Assembly (NCBI GenBank): GCA_964016885.1
Contig: OZ024743.1
Location: forward strand, 41,788,001-41,852,000
Direction of reading: 5' to 3'
Source: Eledone cirrhosa
Taxonomy: Eukaryota
Length of the DNA stretch: 64,000 nt
Shown: one piece after another, positions 16,451 to 28,949 of the stretch
How positions within the stretch are numbered: position 1 is the stretch's first letter
Layout of the letters: every line of letters begins with the position of its first letter
Notes under the pieces: generated by a model
What the model saw: only the letters and a program-made list of their open reading frames with translations
Told to the model about the DNA's origin: nothing
Database searches by the model: none
Made by a program: the position numbers and the translations under genes

Positions 16451-17459
16451 CACAAAACACATCATATGAATGTTGTATATTGCAATATGTCTAGTATGCA
16501 AGATAGGCGACGGACCATTGAAGTTCCTGTGGAAATTGTTATATTAAAATCAAAATAAGGCCGCTGATTTAAGACTTTAATAAAATCTGCAATTTTATTA
16601 GCCTATGTATTTCGTGCTGTAACATTTCGAAGGGGATATTGTCAGCAAACAGATATATAATAAATTTGGAGTGGAGGATTCGGTAAATATTATTGCTTTT
16701 AACCCAATATTTTTCTTGACAGCCACTTTTATTTGGCTACGAGGCACTAAAAGATACGCTGTGTACGAATCGACTGAAAGATGAAATTATTAGTAAAATA
16801 AATTGAATGAAAGAGGCTTCTGTACTCGGCTGAATAATATTACATTTTAGATGTAATTAGGCAATGCTCAGATAAACGCGTGGTTTACAGCGTAAAATTA
16901 AATAACAATACAATAATGTCTTCTTTTTGCGTTGTATATATATATATTATGGTATTTATTTGTTGTTGATTTTATTGTTGCTTGTATGCGTTTATTGTTG
17001 TATTGTTTTAAATTAGTAACCTACGAAATACTTTTTAAAAATAAAAGAAAATAATAAATTTACACTGTGTGACTACACTGACACAAATTTAATTTAAAAT
17101 TGATAATAGTAAATATTCTGGAAGATATATACGATAAAACGTTAATAATTTAATTCATTAATTTGTTACTGCTTTTTTTTTCACTGAATTAAAATATTTC
17201 ATTATTAGGAATAATGGAAGGGCGATGGATTGGCAACATAGATTGCGAGTTGGAAGAATTGCCTTCCACCATTTGTTCGAATTCGTTTTAAAACTTATCT
17301 ATGTTCAAATTCCACTCACATCAATTTTAAGTTTCGTTATTTTGGGATTGATTACATAAACAACCAGACAAGTACTGCGGTCGATGTAGCAAATTTCCTC
17401 CCCATCTAAATTCATGGGTTCCTGCTTAAATCAGCAATTATATTTGGAATATAAATAAT

Positions 17460-17770
17460 AATGGATTGGTTAAATGAATTGTACTTCGCACACTTGCTTT
17501 ACGGTGTTTGTTCTTACTCTTCAAATACTACTCAGCTAGAAAAAAGTATCCTCAAACTTCAATAATTTTCCTTTGACAGATGTAGATAGTAGAATATATG
17601 TCTTTCTGAAAGCATGGTTGTACAAACACACTGTCTTTTCTGGTTGATTGTTAGCCCGAATTGTTCCCATACTGAAGAGAAGCAATCCACCGGGAGTTGA
17701 AGGTCTTCTTTTGTGTGAATAATAAGATCACTGTCATCTGCATAAAGAAGATCAAGTATTAGTATGATAT
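17460..17770 (-). pseudogene. RTE/BovB-like LINE RT fragment
   Basis: LDLLYADDSDLIIHTKEDLQLPVDCFSSVWEQFGLTINQKR contains the YADD catalytic motif and GLTIN.KK. Confidence 0.85.
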
Positions 17771-17796
17771 AATGTTTTCGGTGTGAAAGAAGCCTC

Positions 17797-17824
<28 letters not shown>

Positions 17825-17827
<3 letters not shown>

Positions 17828-18653
17828 CACGATAAATTAACGGAGGCATAGGCCGTCGTTATTCCCTGTAAATAATGTGCTCAAAGGGGAAGAGATCCTG
17901 AGCCCTTTAAAATATAATATGTTGAGAAGGTAACACACCAGAGAGAGATATATAGTGCGTTATCAATAATACAGCGAAAAACCACCAGTGTATGGAATCT
18001 ATAACCTATGAAAGGCAGACTATAGACACGATAATTAAAAATATAAATTAAAGCGTAAATAAATACCTTTATAACTATATAACACACGTACAAATCCAAA
18101 GATATGTTTCACCAAAAAATGTGTTGAAAGAAATGGTCTAGTCTCGGTTCATCAGCGTGTGTAAGGCCATACATTTCACACAACACTAAGAGAATTTTAC
18201 AATTGACTGTCCAGCTACACGTGGGAGAGAGAAGTCACAGCGTGTTTTGTTTAAGGGCAGTGAACCAGTGGCCTCTGAGAGACGAACTGCTAGAAAGGGC
18301 AGCCCTAAGCCACTCAGAGAAGTGTGCTCAACAAAACAGAGATAGGAAAGACTGTTATTAGGAGCGAAATATCACGATAAATTAACGGAGGCATAGGCCG
18401 TCGTTATTCCCTGTAAATAATGTGCTCAAAGGGGAAGAGATCCTGAGCCCTTTAAAATATAATATACATATCTTTGGATTTGTACGTGTGTTATATTGTT
18501 ATAAAGGTATTTATTTACGCTTTAATTTATATTTTTAATTATCGTGTCTATAGTCTGCCTTTCATAGGTTATAGATTCCATACACTGGTGGTTTTTTCGC
18601 TGTATTATTGATAACGCACTATATATCTCTCTCTGGTGTGTTACCTTCTCAAC

Positions 18654-18654
<1 letters not shown>
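17825..18654 (-). mobile_element. Hammerhead-bearing non-coding retroelement with A-B-C-A-rc(B) architecture (545 bp period), flanked by (TA)n
   Basis: A = ~17825-17920, repeated at ~18370-18465. B = 17920-18107, inverted at 18466-18654. The copies are near-identical. Confidence 0.85.
18082..18162 (-). ncRNA. Type I hammerhead ribozyme, complete
   Basis: Minus strand reads ACACACG-CTGATGA-ACCGAGA...TTTTGGT-GAA-ACATATC(TTTG)GATTTGT-A^CGTGTGT. Stem I is 7 bp, stem II is 7 bp (2 GU), stem III is 6/7 bp. Predicted cleavage is at 18089/18088. Confidence 0.85.
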
Positions 18655-18717
<63 letters not shown>

Positions 18718-18751
18718 TATAAGTATTAATACAATAGATGTTCTTTTGATC

Positions 18752-18816
18752 AATTACATTTTATTATACATATTTCGGATGTACAACAGTACGTCCTCAT
18801 CAGACAAAATATAATT
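18752..18816 (-). ncRNA. Type I hammerhead ribozyme (left arm), intact
   Basis: AATTATATTTTGT-CTGATGA-GGACGTAC(TGTT)GTACATCC-GAA-ATATGTAT-A^ATAAAATGTAATT. Stem I is 13 bp (2 GU), stem II is 7/8 bp, stem III is near-palindromic. Confidence 0.8.
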
Positions 18817-19272
18817 ATACATGACATACCCTGAGATGTTAAATGGTTAAGATTTAATCAAGGTAGTGATTAACCCGATAGACAATTTTACTTATATCCT
18901 ATATATGTGAAAGTGCGAAAACGTAATAAATTCATTAGAGAATGTGTGAGTAAGAAAAATCGCTGCATACTGTAAGTGTTCTAAAATTTTAAAGTGTATG
19001 ATACTACAATATATCTAGGAAAACGTCTTATGAATCGTAACAGCCAGTGATAGCCAGTGGAAAAAGAATTATAAGGAACGAAAAATAAAGTGTGGGTTTT
19101 TTTTCGAAAGTTAAACGGTTACATTTGAAAATATTTAATTTATAATATTAAGGTGAAGACTCCAGATTTCAGGATTATTTGCTAGTTATTTATATATTAT
19201 TTATATAAATTCGATAAGTGTGTTATCATTTCTAAACTTCAGAATTGTGAGTATAACATTTCAAGGTTTTAG

Positions 19273-19493
19273 CTGGCACATAAATAATTGTTTCTACTTT
19301 TGGCACAAGGCCAGCAATTTCCCAGTGTATTACTGGTACTTTATTTTATCGACCCCGTAAGGATGAAAGGCAAAGTTAACCTCGGCGGGATTTGAACTCA
19401 GAATGGCAAGGGCCGTAACTCTATGCGTCAAAGCATGGCGTCCGACCCTCTACCGATACTGCCAATTCACTAAACCTCTGGCACATAAATAAT
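19273..19493 (-). mobile_element. Major-family SINE with 16 bp target-site duplication
   Basis: CTGGCACATAAATAAT occurs at 19273-19288 and 19478-19493. The empty site is visible in the sister arm at ~20065-20082. Confidence 0.95.
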
Positions 19494-20539
19494 GAAATAT
19501 TATACTGTTTATTATTTACCTAAATTTAAACTTTAACAAATATCTCAACATATTAGGTATGCAAAGCTTTTGAATTACTTATTGTTATAAATATTTAAAT
19601 AACTATTATGTATATAGGTATATGAGCCAGTATGTTTAAGCTAAATAATACCGACGAAGTTAAACATAAATTAAAATAATATGTTAAGGATAAAATATAT
19701 ACATATGTATAACTGGGTTTAAATGTACTAATTACTCTTCAACCCGGGTATCAACATATTATTAGATATAGGGATTTATATATATAGATATATATTAGGT
19801 ATTATTAGCGTAGTATACTGTAGGTAAATGATAACAGTTATACTCTTATCAACGTGTTACATTTTAAAATATATATATATATACATATAAGAAAAACGTC
19901 GGTATTATTTACCTTAAGCATTCTGGCTCATTAATATATACCTATATACATAATAATTATTTAAATATTTATGACAATAAGTACTTCAAAAGCTTTACAT
20001 ACCTAATATGTTGGTATATTTGTTAAAGTTTAAATTTAAGTAAATAATCAACAGTATAATATTTCATTTTTTATGTGCCAGCTAAAACCTTGAAATGTTA
20101 TTCTCACAATTCAGAAGTTTAGAAATGATAACACACTTATCGAATTTATATAAATAATATATAAATAACTAGCAAATAATCCTGAAATCTGGTGTCTTCA
20201 CCTTAATATTATAAATTAAATGTTTTCAAATCTAACCGTTTAACTTTCGAAAAAAAAACCCTACACTTTATATTTCCCTCCTTATAAATCATTTTCCAGT
20301 GGTTATCACTGGCTGTTATGATTCATGAGACGTTTTCCTAGATATATTGTAGTATCATACACTTTAAAATTTCAGAACACTTACAGTATGCAACCTTTTT
20401 TCTTACTCACACATTCTCTAATGAATTTATTACGTTTTCGCACTTTCACATATATAGGATATAAGTAAAATTGTCTATCGGGTTAATCACTACCTTGATT
20501 AAATCTTAACCATTTAACATCTCAGGGTATGAAATGTAT

Positions 20540-20605
20540 AATTATTTTTTTTTCTGATGAGGACGTATTGTTGTACATCCGAAATATGTATAATAAAATG
20601 TAATT
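20540..20605 (+). ncRNA. Type I hammerhead (right arm), core intact, stem I weakened
   Basis: CTGATGA at 20554, then GGACGTATTGTTGTACATCC and GAAATATGTATA^ATAAAATGTAATT. The 5' strand of stem I has drifted to poly-T. Confidence 0.65.
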
Positions 20606-20746
20606 GATCAAAAGAACATCTATTTTATTAATACTTATATTTTAATATTAATAACCCCAGAAAATTATTTTGTTCTCCGTTGAATGCTTCCAATCTACTG
20701 TAAAACTCATTCTTTGACATAATCATTAATATTGTTTAACAATTTA

Positions 20747-20778
<32 letters not shown>

Positions 20779-20827
20779 TGGAAAATGTGTGAAATCCTTG
20801 GTACAGTTAGGTATATTTGAAAAAAAA

Positions 20828-20979
20828 GGAAAAGAATAACTTCACTTATTGTGGTAAACAATTTGATTTAATTTTATAATATCATAAGTTGGTAGAACTA
20901 GATCTACCAACTTATGATATTATAATGTTACAAAATTAAATCAAATTGTTTAGAACTACATGTGAAGTCATTCTTTTCC
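20828..20979. repeat. ~150 bp palindrome / foldback
   Basis: Perfect core TTATAATATCATAAGTTGGTAGA-ACTAGA-TCTACCAACTTATGATATTATAA (20874-20925), with imperfect outer arms. Confidence 0.9.
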
Positions 20980-21631
20980 CCACCCAACCCCCTCTCGACC
21001 CGAAACACGGCACTAAGATTATGTAAGTACATCTTACCTATCTACTTTTTCCACATGTAGAGCGTACTTCTTTTTTATACATGTACGTGTGTGTATATAT
21101 ATATATATATACACACACACATATATATATATATACACATATATATATATATATATATGTGTGTGTGTCTGCGTGTGTGTGCATGTGTGTATATATATAT
21201 ATATATGTGTATGTGTGTGCACCTGTTTATATATGTATGTATGTGTGTACGTACGTGTGTGTGTGTAAATATATATATATGTATATATACGTGGGAAAGT
21301 AAGAAATCGGAGAATAGACCGTTAAAACATGTTTATTTTAAACAGCACCTCAATGGCATAAATAAACAAAAGTGTTCCTTACATTGCTCGGAAAGAGTAT
21401 TTGGGGTTAAATTAACGTCAAGGTTTATTGCTCGCAAAAATAGCTTCTTTTGATTTTGCAGCAGGTCAAGGGAGGTAACGCTGGCCGGTGTTAGGGCAGT
21501 CTTTCCCGGAGAAATTGTTATCCGTTACAAGATGAGGTTACAACCTTACCATTGTCGATACGGACAGGGTCATGTAACCAACGCTTATTTTGAGACGTTT
21601 GTCTGGGTCGTTTGTATGTATGTATATATAC

Positions 21632-21681
<50 letters not shown>

Positions 21682-21750
21682 AAATATATATATACGTATA
21701 TATATATTTAATAAACGAAGCCAAATTTTAAATATTTGATTTAATTACTT

Positions 21751-21800
<50 letters not shown>

Positions 21801-21852
21801 ATATATAAATATATATACACATACACACACGCACATATATACATATATATAC

Positions 21853-21911
<59 letters not shown>

Positions 21912-22084
21912 ATTATATGTATATTCATATATATATATATGTGTGCGTGTGTGTATGTGTATATATATTTATATATATATATATGCAAAAGTTCTATTTT
22001 AAATTGTTGGGATACAACAAGTAAATATTTTATAACTGATATAAAGCACTCGACAAGTTTTTGGAATAGTTTCTATTTATTAAT

Positions 22085-22137
<53 letters not shown>

Positions 22138-22143
<6 letters not shown>

Positions 22144-22650
22144 AAGTAGTTAAGTCAAATATTTAAGATTTGGCTTCGTTTATTAAAGATCTACTGCTAT
22201 ATATTTCGGTGACAGCCATCATTGGCTGTGACCTCTTCAGGCAGTTGGATTGGGTTTGGTAGAGACAGGTACACATGTTGTATATAGTGTTTTACTCCGT
22301 CAATACTCCGATATGTCCAGCTCCTGGTTGGGTTTTTATTTCTCTGAGGAACTGGAATCATATGAATTCGAACAAATGAATTTCGGCATCATAGGTCACT
22401 CTCTCCACCCATTGGTCAGTTGTGAGAACATTCCTCAGACAAATGTCTATAGACATCTTTTTTTCCCTGAGGCAAGACAATTTGTTGTAGTTGTTTTTGT
22501 TAAGTACAGCTGACCTCCTCCCTTGAGTGTATCGGCGTTAGGGGGTTAGCTGGCACGTCAGCCTTAGTTCTACTGCTGCTGTCTTTAGAAGAATGAGTGT
22601 GTGTGAGTTGGCAGCTATCCTTCCACCGGATCACGTGGGGGGGGGGGGAC
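22138..22650 (-). mobile_element. PLE pLTR-like element; its terminal ~50 bp is repeated in inverted orientation at 21707-21756
   Basis: An HHR is followed by AATAAA and then (TA)n. TTTAATAAACGAAGCCAAAT... is present on both strands. The 5' limit is uncertain. Confidence 0.6.
22193..22245 (-). ncRNA. Minimal type I hammerhead ribozyme, intact
   Basis: ACTGC-CTGAAGA-GGTCACAGCCA(ATGA)TGGCTGTCACC-GAA-ATATAT-A^GCAGT. Stem I is 5 bp, stem II is 10/11 bp, stem III is palindromic. Predicted cleavage is at 22198/22197. Confidence 0.88.
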
Positions 22651-23390
22651 AGATAATGAAATAAGATAAAGTAAAATGAAGAAATAAAATATAAAATAAT
22701 AAAATAAAGTAAAAAAATAATAAAGTAATAAGCCAAGATACAATAAAATGAAGAAGTAAAAAAAAAATTAAATAAATAAATAAAATAGAATAAAATGCGT
22801 GATGTTATAGTCAATATCAAATATCAAAGAAGAATAAGTGCGTGTGTGTGTTATAGCCAATATTAAAGTTTGAATGATTTGGAAAATAATGACTGAAGTA
22901 GAAAGGCTATGTGTCAGAATCGGGAAATTACGATCTTTACACTATCAAGGTGTGATGCGTTTTAAGAACAAATGAGGCAAGAGCGGAGTGTAAGACACCA
23001 TAACCTGAGTGTTAAAATCCGGAAATGCAGAGGACCACAGTTTTTAATTCGGCATAGAGTACATATGCGTGTATGTCAACCGACATCGTTGCAAGCCCAC
23101 ACGCACAAAGACGGGCCCTGGTGCATCCCATAATCACCCACACCCACACACACAGATTATTCAAACACACAACACCCATATATATATGTATGTATATATA
23201 TACAGGCGGACGCGCGCACACACACACATACCCCCCCCCCCATGCACACACATATGTAAGTATCAGTGCATGTAGAACCTTAAATAACACCATCTATGTA
23301 TGGACATATGCACAAGTCTGTGCTGCCATAGGAGTCGATCGAGGCAGGGGTAGGGGTGGTTTTCCGTGGTTTCGGTGTGGCGAGGCTACT

Positions 23391-23686
23391 GTCCCTATAG
23401 CTTGAGGGAAGTTTCCTTCCCAATGCGTTGTTATTGCCCATATAGCTAGAGGAAGGTCTCGGCCCTCAGGTGTCTACATGTCCTGAGGATGTCCATATAG
23501 CTTGAGGGAAGTTCCCATTCCAAAGGGTTGTCATTGTTCATATAGCTAGAGGAAGGTCCCGGCCATCAGGTGTCTACATGTCCCGAGGAAGTCCATATAG
23601 CTTGAGGGAAGTTCCCATCCCAAAGTGTTGTTATTGTTCATATAGCTTGAGGAAGGTCCGGGCCTGGGGTGTCTACATGTCCCGGA
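23391..23686. repeat. Minisatellite, 3 x 100 bp
   Basis: GTCC(C/A)TATAGCTTGAGGGAAGTT starts at 23391, 23491 and 23591. Each unit holds a second CATATAGCT.GAGGAAGGTC subrepeat. Confidence 0.95.
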
Positions 23687-24215
23687 GAATATATATATAT
23701 ATATATATGTGTGTGTGTCTATATATTTATATGTATGTTTGTTGTGTGTGCATGCCTGTGTCTGCGTGTTTGCTTGTGTGTGTACGTGTGTAAGTGGGCG
23801 CGTGTGTGAATATGCTTGCTTCTACCTGGAATATAAATTAGAGAAACTTCACAATAAGGGGAAGCACCCCAATACTTAGAACCCTTTCTCCTTTTGTAAC
23901 CTTTATTTCAGCCTTAAATAATTATATTCTAAAGAATTTCCCCTTTCTTTAAACCAATGAAGCCCAGCCATCCTGTAGACACCTGACGTACAGGCATTTT
24001 TGGTTTAAGAGATAAACAAGGATTGGTATTCCAATTTGTCTAGTATTCTTTCTGCCTTTGTTAGTATTATAGCTTTAAAGAATTAGCTTTTAATGAACTC
24101 ACATTTCTTTAAATCCATCAACCAATGACCTCCACCCATCCAAACCCCCACCCTCTCCTCCCACCAGAAAAGAAAATATATAAATACCACCACATTTACT
24201 TGGACAGCCAGCCTC

Positions 24216-24341
24216 CTAATGATTTCTCAAGAATGAAACAGTTCTAGTCCTGTATAAACTGTTATATATTAAAACCTTTATACTCTGCTAAGTATTGAGT
24301 ACCTTACTTTCTGTGGTTACGACAGATTCAACCCGGAATAA

Positions 24342-24343
<2 letters not shown>
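24216..24343 (+). mobile_element. pLTR end with degenerate hammerhead; family recurs rearranged at 60724-60830
   Basis: CTAATGA-TTTCT(CA)AGAAT-GAA-ACAG(TTCTAGTC)CTGT-A, then AGTATTGAGTACCTTACT... running into (TA)n. Confidence 0.6.
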
Positions 24344-24377
<34 letters not shown>

Positions 24378-26057
24378 TACATAGCACATATCTCTCACAC
24401 GCATCTATTTGTATTTACTTCACACACTATTTTACAGATCACTAGGCTTCTCAAAGTGCACTAGTTAATATTCTCACAGAATTATTCATACATAATCTTT
24501 ATTTTTCCACCATATTCTCCCTAGCATGCTCTGGCAAATACACCGCACAAAGCGAAATTAAACTCTTTTAAGTTCTACCCACGCACACTGAAGTATACTC
24601 ATACACATATGCCTATATATTTATTATATATATGTATGTGTGTGCGTGCGCATGGGTGCATACGTGTAAGCGTGCGTGTGTGTGAGTGTGCGTGAGTGTG
24701 AGTGTGTGTTTGTGCGTTTCTGTGTGTAAATATTTCAGTGTGCATTGAGTTTCCTATATTACCAAAAAGGATTTGTATCAGAAGCAATATCACGTTTACA
24801 TATGTGTTGTGAATATGTTCAAATACTCAAGCTCTCATAATAAGATAACACAACTGCATCTTCAAGTACATTTGCACACATATCACACATAAATATATAT
24901 TACAGGTAATATATAAATATATAGAATATCAAATATTGTTTGAGCGGAGAAAACGTTGTTTCCCCCATCTTCAATCTCAATGAGTGAATTCTTTTAAATC
25001 AAATATTTTCTATACATATCAAGATTGGTTAGTCTATTTTAGGAAATATAATTCACTGTTAGATCTTTTTACAGTTTTTATGGGGATATATATCATAGTC
25101 TTTGTTTAGTTTCTATGAAATAAAAGATGATGTATATCGAATAACTTTCATTTCTCCTATATTATGTCTATATATTGTCTTATGCCTGAAATTATTTCTA
25201 TAAAATACAGGCTGTTTGCTCTGTAGTTTTTATAAATTTCAATCAGAAAATCATTGGAAAACGTGTTTCCACTCAGAAATAACACCCAGCTTTCTAGTCA
25301 ATTATATAGGGAGGGTTAATTCACTATTCTAAAAGACTAGGATTTTCTTCAACACGCTGACACTATGGGTATATGTGTATGCGTGTGTGTATTTGCATAT
25401 GCATACATTAATATGTATGAGTATGTAAATATAAACGCGAAAACACAGACACATTTACAAAAATACTCACTCACATACATTCACACAAACATAAAAATAC
25501 ATACATTCAAACGAACATACACATACACTCCCACCCACCGAAGCAAATTGAAAATCAGCCGCTTTTTTGCTATAGTACGTTCACCATCCTCTTACTTTCT
25601 TTACACACACATACGTTCACACAAACACACGCACATTGTGTTATGGATGGATGACGGAAGTCGCTCAAATTTATATATAGATTCGTCCTAGCGGCCAGTC
25701 ACATAAAATACAATTCTCTTTAGTACAATCTCTTTGTACTGATGTAAATTAATTTATAATACATTGCTTGAGTTGACTCATGTGGAACAATTTCTTTTAA
25801 AATTCTAATTCAAAGGCCTAAGACTTGCCGGCCATTGTATCACGCATACTCTTATTGACATTATATTAATGGTAAAGTGAAACACAATAGGGTTTTGAAC
25901 GCATAACCCAGAGACCCGTAACAATTATCTAGCGCTTTAACCACTCCGCGCAATCTAATGTAATGTCGAATTATCTCACATAATTTGAAACATTATTCTA
26001 CCTAATTGTGTGTTTAGTATTTTCATGAGTTTGAGCGAGAAACGCACACAAATATAT

Positions 26058-26063
26058 ATATAT

Positions 26064-26114
<51 letters not shown>

Positions 26115-26166
26115 TAGATAGATAGAGAGAGAGAAATAGAGATAGATAGAGAGAATGAGAGAGAGA

Positions 26167-26227
<61 letters not shown>
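26058..26227. repeat. Compound (TA)n-(GATA)n-(GA)n microsatellite
   Basis: Read directly. Confidence 0.95.
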
Positions 26228-26234
<7 letters not shown>

Positions 26235-26742
26235 ATTATAGATTTATAGGAGTACGAATATGACACCATAATCCAATGTCTAAAATTTCGAAAATAAGAT
26301 CTGTCATTACAAATGGCCTGATTATATCAAAGACGTGAATGCAATATATAATCAAACATTGCTTTGACATTTAATATTGCCTCTGCACCTAATACTGAAC
26401 ATATATAAGTATATCGCTATCTGTTATACTATAGCAGAGAATTGTTAAATCACGATTGTTTGATGAGATATATGTCAGTGATATTCGTAGTTCTGAAATT
26501 CTGTTATAAACATTTTATGGGAAAAAAACATTATATATGATCTTGTTAGTGTATGCATTGTTCAGCCTCGTTCAGATCTGATACCGCTGACATATAGATC
26601 GTTCCATATAAATGTCGACAGTGTACAAGTTCACGCTAATGTGACTGTCATCTCTAGCCGGTTGATCTATACATAGATGCTCCTTCGTTCATATATATTC
26701 CACGTATCATTCTAGATTATACAAAAATGGTAAGAATGCAAT

Positions 26743-28949
26743 CACTGGCCGAGAAGCTAGTTGGTCAGTCGTCCTCTCTGTCTCTGTCTCGGATTTTTCG
26801 GACCCATGGTTTTTTACATATTCCTTTGTTATATTCCAATACCTGATGATATCACCGGATTCATATGGAACCCGGTCATTGAAATGATCATAGTATAATA
26901 AACCTTTCAACGATTTACACCAGTCCATCCTCCTGTTATTTTATTTCATTTATAATGAAATCCGTATTCGCACCACCAACTACACAAACGAAGATGGGTG
27001 AACTGCACTGCGTTAATACTCTTCACAATATTACACCAGGATTGACCATACGGAATGACCAGTTCTATCCAGTGGTGAACCAACAAACCTAAACAAATAA
27101 TGCTCCTATAATGTTGAGCACTTCAAAATGTAATATTGAACAGCGGCACTGACTTCAGTGTACAGCTATTACCAGCATGGGATTAACTGATCTACTTACC
27201 ATTCGGATGTTGGCTGCACTGCGCCTTATCTACCGCCACGTGATACTACTTCCATGTCGGGATGATTGCGATTCCGACATAACTCTACGTTTTATACTAA
27301 AACATGTATTGTTTTGTCTGAATTCTCTACTCTATACCTCAGGAATTTCTGTGACTCGCACTGAATTCGGAGACCCGAACTTTACACTAGGTACAACCTG
27401 TTACCATTCCATCTCCTCCATCCTCTATATCTATATTTATATGTACGACTTGTATTATCTTACTACAACTTGACCTATATTGATTCTTATTTACCTTTAT
27501 TAATTTTTTTTTTATTATTTCATTAATGTATATTTTTTTATTATTTTATTATTTATTATTTTATTAATGTATTTATTAATCTATTAATGTATTAATTTAT
27601 TAAAGGTTGACTTTGCCTTTCATCCTTACGGGGTCGATAAAATAAAGTACCAGTAATGCACTGGGTAATTGCTGGCCTTGTGCCTAAAGTAGAAACAATT
27701 ATTTTATTAATGTATTTTTATCAATGTATTCTATCTTCATATTGGCATTTTATCTTTGTATTTTTTTGTAACTTTTCCTCAATCAGGTCATTATGCACCT
27801 TTCATAGCCCCATACCCACCTAAGAACCGCATTCCTTATAACCCGGACTAACTGGGACTTTAAAATAATTTTGGTCTATTTGCACTTTTCATTGGGTCGC
27901 TACCTTCGACTTGTGTGGTGGCTTTTTCCCGGCTGCGCGCTGGGCACTCGGTAAGTTCAGCCTTCCTTGAGTGCTCGGAAAAATAAATTTCTCCTCTTTC
28001 GGTCAACGAAATTACTCGGAGCGACTTGCTTTACCCCGGTCCCACAGCGCCGCCTGTTTTGGCCGCCAGATTATATTTGTACCTACAAACTCCAGGTTTA
28101 GGCATAACTATTAGCTGTATCATGCTTCTATTGGCACGTAAATAAACCCCTCATGTGGGATTTAATAGTATTCGTTTGGTATAGACGGTGGCCTGTCGAA
28201 ATTGTGGAGTTCCCGCTAGCGCTCCCGGAGCCTAAGGTAGCTACGTTCCTAGACCACTCGAGACTGGCTGACTCATGGTTGGGGGTGTGCTGGCTGGGAC
28301 TCTCAATCGAAATCTTTATATCCCATCCTAATATCTTATCCAGATAAATTTGTTCATATAAGACTCTCTCCGTAAGTTCATTAAATAAATAAATCTCGCT
28401 ACCTTAATCTTTAATTTTCTAATAACTTATTTTTCAATTTATCATTTTGCAATTTAATATTTTTATTTTATTTAATTTCATCCTATGATTCGCAACATAA
28501 GTTTAACGTTCCAATCTTCGGTTCACACATTAGACCATACAGACACCCATTATAGATTCTTTGGAGTAGCATTTTTTCGCCGCATTTTCTAGCATGAATG
28601 TAGTGTGACCCGTACGCTGACTTCTTTCTCCCTTTATTTCTTTCTTCCCCTTTTTCTTTGACGGAGAGGTGGTAGAGCATTATAAGCCTTCGCCCCCTCA
28701 CCAGATGTTCATTAGTAGATTCAGTTGCCACCACTTTGAGGGCGACTGGCCGAGATAGAGGCAGATAGTTGGTCAGTCGACCTCTTTGTCTCAGTCTCTG
28801 ATTTTTCGGACCCATGGTTTTTTACATATTCCTTTGTTATATTCCAATACCTTATGCTATCACCGGATTCATATGGAACCCGGTCATTGAAATGATCATA
28901 GTACAATAAACCTTTCAAGGATTTACACCAGTCCAACCTCCTGTTATTT

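Larger units (their letters stand above)
18709..20649. mobile_element. ~1.9 kb foldback (inverted PLE pLTR/3'UTR pair), arms 18709-19656 and 19897-20649
   Basis: The arms are continuous reverse complements apart from a SINE in the left arm. The spacer is 240 bp. An HHR core and AATAAA lie at both outer ends. Confidence 0.9.

Noticed and set aside
21540-21590. Weak HHR-like stems here and at ~10460, 34640-34710 and 38430-38455
   Set aside because: Too many core mismatches to distinguish them from chance by eye.
23391-23686. CRISPR-like repeat/spacer pattern
   Set aside because: The intervening segments are themselves repeated, the context is eukaryotic, and no cas genes are present.
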